From: Planctomycetales bacterium
GTDB taxonomy: Bacteria; 4484-113; JAFGCY01
Assembly (NCBI GenBank): GCA_022646745.1
Contig: CP060262.1
Span: 360,001 to 392,000, forward strand
Direction: 5' to 3'
DNA: 32,000 nucleotides
Below are positions 15,896-21,809 of this stretch, in pieces. Position 1 is the stretch's first letter. Every line of letters starts with the position of its first letter. The position numbers and the translations under genes are program-made. Below the pieces are notes generated by a model, which was not told the DNA's origin, searched no databases, and worked only from the letters and a program-made list of their open reading frames with translations.

Positions 15896-16017
15896 AACGA
15901 AAGTTACTTCCGAGCAGTCAGTATTCAGTACGGAGGTGCCGTAAAATGAATCTTTTCGAGCATCCGACTTTCCTTTGGGTAGAATTAAAACAGCCAGGTA
16001 ACCAAGGCGGAGACTGA

Positions 16018-16815
16018 ATGACCAAGCGATTTTTCCTGACAGCCATCACCGGCATCCTGCTGCTGTTCGCGCTCGCATCCTGCGGCGGCGGCGGTGGCTC
16101 ATCCAGCCAGGTCAGCGTGACCGCGATCAACACCGGCGGCGGTTCGATCTCCGCCGGCAGCGTGGTGCCGCTCAGTGCCACCATCAGCGGCGGCAACGGC
16201 CAGGTGATGCTCAAGAACTGGACCGTCAGCGCCGGCAGCCTGATGCTCAACCCGCCGGACTTCAGCCTGACCCTGCGTGCGACTGCCAAGTCCACCTCCG
16301 AGACCTCCGTCAGCACCACCGGCCCGACCGTCTACTGGGTCGTGCCCGCCACCGCCGGCACCGCACAGATCAGCGTGACCGTCGAGGGTGCCTCGCGCAC
16401 GCTGGACGTTACCTACGGCGCCAGCCCGGTGACGCTTGCGGTGAACAGCGGTTCCAACGGCCAGCGCATCGTGACCGTCAGCGCCAGCAACATCTCCGAC
16501 CTGTTCGGCGCGGCCTTCCGCGTGAACTACAGCGATGGATACACCCCGGTCAGCGTTGAGGCCGGCGACTTCCTCGGCCCCGCCAATGAGATCCTGTTCC
16601 TCGGGCTGGCCAACCAGGCGGACTTCGTCCCGGTGGCAATCACCCGCAAGAACGGTGCCAGCGGCAAGGACGGCAGCGGCGTGCTGGCGACGATCACCTT
16701 CCAGCCGGCCAGTGGTTCCAGCTCCGCGAAGGGTGCCAGCCAGGCCGAAGGCTTCGACCTGAGCTCGCTGTTCTTCATCGATTCGACCTACGCCCGCATC
16801 CAGCTCGACAACTGA
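16018..16815 (+). CDS. Lipoprotein with an Ig-like region and a C-terminal cohesin-like domain
   Basis: 265 aa. SD-like GGCGGAG lies 7 nt before the ATG. Signal plus lipobox LFALAS-C-GGGGGSS. The C-terminal segment VTLAVNSGSNGQRIVTVSASNISDLFGAAFRVNYSDGYTPVSVEAGDFLGP...KDGSGVLATITFQP fits the cohesin domain pattern. The minus-strand ORF 16099-16851 is shadow. Confidence 0.8.
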   Translation: MTKRFFLTAITGILLLFALASCGGGGGSSSQVSVTAINTGGGSISAGSVVPLSATISGGNGQVMLKNWTVSAGSLMLNPPDFSLTLRATAKSTSETSVSTTGPTVYWVVPATAGTAQISVTVEGASRTLDVTYGASPVTLAVNSGSNGQRIVTVSASNISDLFGAAFRVNYSDGYTPVSVEAGDFLGPANEILFLGLANQADFVPVAITRKNGASGKDGSGVLATITFQPASGSSSAKGASQAEGFDLSSLFFIDSTYARIQLDN

Positions 16816-16827
16816 GCCAGCGGCACG

Positions 16828-17502
16828 ATGCCAGTCATCCTGATCCGCCACGGCCAGAGCGAAGGCAACTTAAAACGCATCTTCCAGGGCAGCCTGGACT
16901 ACCCGCTGACGGAGCTCGGCCGCGACCAGGCGCGCAGCGTCGGCAAGTGGCTGGAGCAGCGCGGCCTGCACTTCGACACCGTCTACAGCTCCCCGCTCAG
17001 CCGGGCCCATGAAACCGCACGCATCCTCGGCGGGCAGACCGGCAATACGGAGATCCAGGCGCACGACATGCTGCGTGAGATCCACGGTGGCGAGCTGGAG
17101 GGCCTGACACATGAGCAGTGTGTGGAGAAGTTCCCGGCCTACGCCGAGCGCAAGCTGCCGGAGGGTGCGGACTTCAAGAATTACGGCGGCGAAAGCTATG
17201 CGGAGGTCAATGTCCGCATCATGCAGTTCATTGAGTTCATCCAGCAGCGGCACAGCGAACCGGACAGCATCCTCATCGTGGCCCATGGCGGCACGCTGTA
17301 CCAGCTGTTCAAGCGCTGGTGCGGCTGGCCGGTGCCTACACACTTCTTCGTCGGCATGAGCAACTGCGTGATGATCTGCCTCGAGCAGCGCGAGGTGCTC
17401 GGGCACCTCGGGGCGCAGCTGAAGTGGATGCTGCCGATGGAGCTGCTGGACAATTCGCTTACCACCGAATGGCGCCTGGCCGATTCCCCCGCCGAGGAAT
17501 AG
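16828..17502 (+). CDS. Histidine phosphatase family protein (phosphoglycerate mutase-like)
   Basis: 224 aa. The N-terminal LIRHGQSEGN contains the catalytic RHG motif, and VAHGGTL is the second His motif. Confidence 0.85.
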   Translation: MPVILIRHGQSEGNLKRIFQGSLDYPLTELGRDQARSVGKWLEQRGLHFDTVYSSPLSRAHETARILGGQTGNTEIQAHDMLREIHGGELEGLTHEQCVEKFPAYAERKLPEGADFKNYGGESYAEVNVRIMQFIEFIQQRHSEPDSILIVAHGGTLYQLFKRWCGWPVPTHFFVGMSNCVMICLEQREVLGHLGAQLKWMLPMELLDNSLTTEWRLADSPAEE

Positions 17503-17523
17503 ACCGCGGGTTAGAATCAGGGT

Positions 17524-17955
17524 ATGGATCACACGCAGGCCCAGCCGGCGGACAACTGGAGCGAACAGGACTTCCCGGTGCTCGGCTACCGCACCAGCCC
17601 GGTATTCTTCGTTGCCGACGTGGAAGCGAGCATCGCCTTCTACCGCGACCGGCTCGGTTTCGCGCTGCAGTCCAGCTATGGCAATCCGACCTGCTTCGCG
17701 ATCGTCCGGCTGTGGGCCGCAGCGCTGATGCTTTCGAAGCCGGAGCAGCTCAGCGGGCATAGGCCGGCCTTTTCGCTGGACAACTTCAGCTGGGATGCGC
17801 ACATCCTCGTATCCGATGCCCGCGCCTACCATGATTTCTGTGTTGCCAACGGAGCGGAGATCGCAAGCGGGCTGGTGGAAGCGCCCTACGGCATGCTGGA
17901 GTTCGTCGTGCGTGATCCGGACGGCTACGGCATCTGCTTCGGGCAGAACCTCTGA
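17524..17955 (+). CDS. VOC family protein (glyoxalase/bleomycin-resistance fold)
   Basis: 143 aa. VFFVADVEASIAFYRDRLGFAL and FVVRDPDGYGICFGQ are typical paired beta-alpha-beta-beta-beta module signatures. Confidence 0.8.
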   Translation: MDHTQAQPADNWSEQDFPVLGYRTSPVFFVADVEASIAFYRDRLGFALQSSYGNPTCFAIVRLWAAALMLSKPEQLSGHRPAFSLDNFSWDAHILVSDARAYHDFCVANGAEIASGLVEAPYGMLEFVVRDPDGYGICFGQNL

Positions 17956-18026
17956 TCCTGCACAGCTGTTAGCGGGCGCTGGCAGCGGGTATAAAGCACG
18001 GACCACGCGTGGTCCGGGGAGCTGAC

Positions 18027-20405
18027 ATGAGATACGGCAGACAGATGATCGCCATGCTGCTTTGCGCAGTGCTGGCCCTGGCATCCTGCGGCGGCAATGC
18101 ACGCCCAGGCGATGCAGCGCTGGAAGCAGCAGTGTCCCCGCAGGCCACACTCAGGCTCGACGGACTGGAGCTGCTGGATGGCAGCATGCTGGACGAAGCA
18201 GGCTCCCGTGGCATCAGCGTGCAATGGTCCGATGTCAATGGCCAGCCCGTGGCCAGCATCCTTGCCGAGGGCGTGCAGGACCTGCGCGCGCTGTACTTCT
18301 CTCTTGAGCATGACAATACCCTGCAGGCCGGGGCATTCACGGCCGGCGACTGGGCGGCTGGCAACAGCCTCAGCCTGGCCCTCACTCCAGAGGCAGGGCA
18401 CAGCGAGGCCGGTATTGTGCTTGTCAATCCTGAGGGTGGCGATGGCTTCAGCGGCAGCGGGGTGCTGGCAACGCTTGCCTTCGATGCAGCTGGCAGAAAC
18501 CCCAAATCCGCCAGTGCTGCGCCGAACACGGAAGCCTCGCGCATGCAGCTCTACTTCGCGCCCGACTTCGGCCTGCTGTACTGGTACTACCGCAACCAGG
18601 GTGACTATGACCAGAACGGCGAGGTGAACATCTCCGACCTGACCCCGCTGGCAATCCACTTCGGCAAGGCCGCCGCCGGCGGAAGCTTTGACTTCACGAA
18701 GGTCGAATCCGTGGTGGACGGCGATGGCAACGGGGAGATCAACATTTCCGACATCTCACCGATCGGCGCCAACTTCGGCAACTCCGTGCAGGATTTCAAT
18801 CTCTATTTCGGCACGATGGTTGACTACCCCGCCAACCCCGGCGACACGCCGGGCGGGCTGGAGATCGAGAGCTGGCCGCTGGCCGATGCATCGGGGGAGG
18901 CTGCCTCCCAGCGGCTGTACTTCACGAAGCAGCTGCCGATCATGGTCCCGGTGGCCAGCGGGCTGTGGCTGCATCCGGTCAGCGGCAGCTCGATCGGCAT
19001 CGCCAGTACCTCAGTCGGCTTCGGCAACCAGTCGCCGCAGGTCCAGCTGCAGGCGGCACCGCTCACCGGAGTGGCCCCGTTCAGTGTCAGCGCGGATGGC
19101 AGCGCATCCAGCGACCCCGATGGCGACCCGCTGTCCTACACCTGGGTGTTCGGTGACCTGACGGCGCTGTACACCAGTGACGCCCTGTACAACCCGGCTG
19201 ACATGGGAGCGCAGTTCAGCGTGGACGTGGAGGCGGGGGGCGAGTACGTGCTGATCCTGATGGTGCGCGACCCGCAGGGCGCAGTGGCCTTCCAGGTGCA
19301 GGATGTGGTGGCGGTTGACAGCGCCGGCTGGCAGATCCGCGAGTTCGACGTGACCGGGAACCACCCCACGCTGGAGACGATCTTTGACGTGGACGTCTGC
19401 GAGGTGGCCGGGCTGCCGACGATCGCCTACGCCTACAAGCAGGGCGCCACCGGCGGGCACGTCTACCTGCTGCAGGGGGATTCCCTGTTCGATGGCGACT
19501 GGGACATTGACAATTTCGTTTACGGGCAGAGCGGCACGGACTTCTGCGAGGTGGCGGTGGCTGAGATTGACGGTACTGCGGCTGTGGCGGCGTCCTACGA
19601 CCGCGGTGGCAACGGTGAGGCGGTGTTCGCGCGCCAGGTCGAGAGCGGCGGGACGGACATGTACAACACCGTGCTGTTTGAGCAGTCCACCGGCGCGCTC
19701 AGCGGGGTCGACCTGGCGAACATCGACGGGCAGGCGATGGTCGCCTACCGCAACAATGCCACAGGTGAGCTGCGCTTCTGCGTGGCGATTGACGACAGTG
19801 CGCAGAACTTCGTCGGGCCGTTCAATGTCGGCATCACCGGCGCCCCGAGCTCGCAGATCTGCCTGGCGGAGGTGCAGGGTGCACCGGCCTTCAGCTACTG
19901 GGCCGGGCCATCCAGCAACCGCCTGCGTTACCACACCGCGGTGATGAACGGCCCGCTGCCGGTGTTCAACAGCGGCACCACGCTCGCCGTACTGACCAGC
20001 TGCTACCTTTCCGATGCACTGATCGTCAGGGAGGATGGCAGCCCCTCGGTGCTGTTTGACATCCCGGTGAACACGGCGATCTACGGCCTGCGCGCCGCCG
20101 ACCCGCAGGCCTCGATGTGGACCGCCGACGGCGAGATCTCGCAGCAGGGTGCGGCGATCGGCGAGTACTGCGCCGGGATGCATGGCGGCCGGCCGGCGAT
20201 CCTGTGGTACGACTTCCTCACCGCCGAGCTGTACTACCAGCGCGCGGCGGATGCCGATGGCACCAGCTGGGAAGCTGCCGTGCTGGTTGACGACAGCCTC
20301 GCACTGGGCACCCGGCCCTGCATGGCGGAAGTACTCGGCGTGCCGGTGATCGCCTACATCGACAAGGGCCGCAACATGATCTGCTACGGGATATACGTGG
20401 AATAG
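18027..20405 (+). CDS. Lipoprotein with cohesin-like, dockerin-like, PKD-like and Asp-box-variant propeller regions
   Basis: I prefer ATG 18027 (MRYGRQMIAMLLCAVLALAS-C-GG lipobox) over the listed GTG 18009. Cohesin-like segment at ~18130-18500 (..SGSGVLATLAFDA). Dockerin-like pair GDYDQNGEVNISDLTPLAIHFG / DGDGNGEINISDISPIGANFG at ~18598-18783. PKD-like segment (APFSVSADGSASSDPDGDPLSYTWVFGD). C-terminal ~50-aa repeats with G.P.IAY...L.Y.RAADADGTSW. Confidence 0.8.
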   Translation: MRYGRQMIAMLLCAVLALASCGGNARPGDAALEAAVSPQATLRLDGLELLDGSMLDEAGSRGISVQWSDVNGQPVASILAEGVQDLRALYFSLEHDNTLQAGAFTAGDWAAGNSLSLALTPEAGHSEAGIVLVNPEGGDGFSGSGVLATLAFDAAGRNPKSASAAPNTEASRMQLYFAPDFGLLYWYYRNQGDYDQNGEVNISDLTPLAIHFGKAAAGGSFDFTKVESVVDGDGNGEINISDISPIGANFGNSVQDFNLYFGTMVDYPANPGDTPGGLEIESWPLADASGEAASQRLYFTKQLPIMVPVASGLWLHPVSGSSIGIASTSVGFGNQSPQVQLQAAPLTGVAPFSVSADGSASSDPDGDPLSYTWVFGDLTALYTSDALYNPADMGAQFSVDVEAGGEYVLILMVRDPQGAVAFQVQDVVAVDSAGWQIREFDVTGNHPTLETIFDVDVCEVAGLPTIAYAYKQGATGGHVYLLQGDSLFDGDWDIDNFVYGQSGTDFCEVAVAEIDGTAAVAASYDRGGNGEAVFARQVESGGTDMYNTVLFEQSTGALSGVDLANIDGQAMVAYRNNATGELRFCVAIDDSAQNFVGPFNVGITGAPSSQICLAEVQGAPAFSYWAGPSSNRLRYHTAVMNGPLPVFNSGTTLAVLTSCYLSDALIVREDGSPSVLFDIPVNTAIYGLRAADPQASMWTADGEISQQGAAIGEYCAGMHGGRPAILWYDFLTAELYYQRAADADGTSWEAAVLVDDSLALGTRPCMAEVLGVPVIAYIDKGRNMICYGIYVE

Positions 20406-21191
20406 GGAGCAGGGAGCAGAGAGCTGAAAGCAGGGAGCAGGTTGGAGCTACCCGCTTCAGCGGTAATAACTCGCTTTGCTCGGTTAACATCGAGGTAGGT
20501 ATGCAGCGGTTATCCTGAGCGCTAAGGCGCGAAGACGCGAAGGAAAAGAAGACTTGGCAGACTCATTGCTCACTCTTCATTGCTCATTGCTTCGCTGCAT
20601 GCACTCCCAAGCGCACGCAGCGTGCGCCGCTACGTTGCTTTCATTCGAGAGGCAAAACATTATTGCCAATCTTCTCCGCGCCTCACTAAAACTCTGCGTC
20701 TCCGCGTCAAAAAAACCGGACTGGCGAGCACGAAGCTTCTCGCGCGGCTGCGTGCCACGCATCGGCTCGCTACACTCGGGCACTATGAGGAATCCATGCG
20801 AAGGTTTTGTCAACGCGGAGTCGCGGAGGAAGTCGGAGGTGCGCAACTTGTTTGCGCACAATGGAACGCCTCACATAAGCTCGGGTGACAGCGAGGAAGC
20901 ATTCCCGGTTTTCTTTAACACAGAGATTCACAGAGTTCCACAGAGGAATTCAATGTTCGTCAGGCTCATTGCTCACTCTTCATTGCTCATTGCTTCGCGG
21001 CATGCATACCCATTCGCTGCAGGGGACGTTCCGTCGGTGTCTGTGTTTTCTTCGTGTCTTCGTGACTTCGTGGTCAGTCCAGTGCTGTCATGGTCACGAA
21101 GGCACGAAGCGCAATCTGCTTGTTGCCAGGCCAGACTGCCATGCGGAATTCCTGGCATGCACTCCCAATTGCGCCGGGGGCGCACCGCTAC
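20406..21191. repeat. ~780-nt non-coding mosaic of shared repeat modules
   Basis: Modules in order:
- GGGAGCAG array, 20405-20445
- GCTAAGGCGCGAAGACGCGAAGGAA, 20521-20545
- CATTGCTCA array, 20562-20590
- GCATGCACTCCCAA-hairpin-CGCTAC, 20597-20633
- CTTCTCC..TCCGCGTCAA..GGCGAGCA module, 20671-20756
- CGGAGGTGCGCAACTTGTTTGCGCACAATG, 20834-20864
- CACAGAG array, 20919-20946
- second CATTGCTCA array, 20965-20993
- inverted TTCGTG arrays, 21048-21073 and 21092-21112
- second GCATGCACTCCCAA-hairpin-CGCTAC, 21155-21191
The ORF-track entries here (20554-21375, 20885-21499 and others) translate repeat words. Confidence 0.8.
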
Positions 21192-21607
21192 ACCCCGACC
21201 GGCTGAGCTGCCTTCCCGTTGCCCATTCCATTCAGCCCGGCCAGTCCCTTCTCGGCCAGCTTTGCCAGCTCAGCCCTTTCCCACTCCGGGAACAGCCAGT
21301 CCGGCAGGCCCTTCAGGCAACGCAGGATGCTCGAGAGTTCGCTGGCCTTCTTCACGTTGCCAAGCTGCTCATTGAGCTTGTGGCGGATCAGCGAGGCCAT
21401 TTCCTTCACCCCCATGCGCTGGGCCAGCTGGTGGTGCTGCTTCATGCGGCGCAGCAGGTTGTGCTGGTCCTTGAGGATGGCGTGGGTCTCCGTGTCTGAG
21501 AAGCCGGCGGCCTTCAGCCCGGCCTGGTCCATGTTGCCTGAGCTGATCAGGCACCAAAGCAGCGCACGGATACAGGGGTCGTCATGCAGTTTCTGGCAAA
21601 GATCCAT
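21188..21607 (-). CDS. Small hypothetical protein (139 aa), possibly a helix-turn-helix protein
   Basis: I prefer ATG 21605-21607, preceded by GGGAGAGG (reverse complement of 21613-21620), over the listed upstream start. The segment LISSGNMDQAGLKAAGFSDTETHAILKDQ loosely resembles the HTH of phage small-terminase-like proteins (..gN..qAa..AGyS...a). The resemblance is weak and unverified. An AT-rich promoter island lies upstream. Confidence 0.55.
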   Translation of the reverse strand: MDLCQKLHDDPCIRALLWCLISSGNMDQAGLKAAGFSDTETHAILKDQHNLLRRMKQHHQLAQRMGVKEMASLIRHKLNEQLGNVKKASELSSILRCLKGLPDWLFPEWERAELAKLAEKGLAGLNGMGNGKAAQPVGV

Positions 21608-21670
21608 TTTGTCCTCTCCCTGCGGGTCGGCCGGAATATGAATGCACAACCCACACTATCTACTACACAA

Positions 21671-21698
21671 AAATTACCATAAATATTAAATCTGTCAA
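21671..21698 (-). promoter_or_regulatory. Sigma70-like promoter of the 139-aa gene
   Basis: The minus strand reads TTGACA (reverse complement of 21693-21698), 16 nt, then TAATTT (reverse complement of 21671-21676). It shares TTGACAGA...AATATTTAT.GTA with the promoter at 15822-15850. Confidence 0.4.
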
Positions 21699-21752
21699 GT
21701 TTTTGCAAGGTTAATTGCTTGCTTTGTCATCCGCACCATAGCTTCGCCAGAT

Positions 21753-21782
21753 TTGACAGCAGGCAAACAGAAAGGGTATACA
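21753..21782 (+). promoter_or_regulatory. Sigma70-like promoter of the first tandem lipoprotein gene
   Basis: TTGACA at 21753-21758, an 18-nt spacer, TATACA at 21777-21782, then AAGGAA 7 nt before ATG 21810. The whole block is duplicated at 24556-24612. Confidence 0.5.
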
Positions 21783-21809
21783 TCGGGCATCTCCTGAAAG
21801 GAATATCCG

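Noticed and set aside
15918-16319. 133-aa minus-strand ORF overlapping the start of the cohesin lipoprotein gene, and 6306-6503 (-) / 6610-7000 (+) ORFs in the tandem repeat
   Set aside because: The first is antisense to a gene with SD, lipobox and domain signals. The others translate the tandem 148-bp repeat and have no independent coding evidence.
20554-21499. ORFs 20554-21375, 20580-20888 and 20885-21499 (+) and 20577-20861 (-) in the large intergenic mosaic
   Set aside because: Their translations are dominated by repeat-word peptides (LLTLHCSLLR, LIAHSSLLIAS) and Arg/Ser/Cys-rich strings. They have no SD or start context, and they overlap each other and the real minus-strand gene 21188-21607.
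21188-21720. Prophage or integrative element, based on the small-terminase-like HTH and the AT-rich island
   Set aside because: It is a single small gene with only weak similarity. There are no integrase, capsid, portal or large-terminase genes, no tRNA and no direct-repeat att sites visible.
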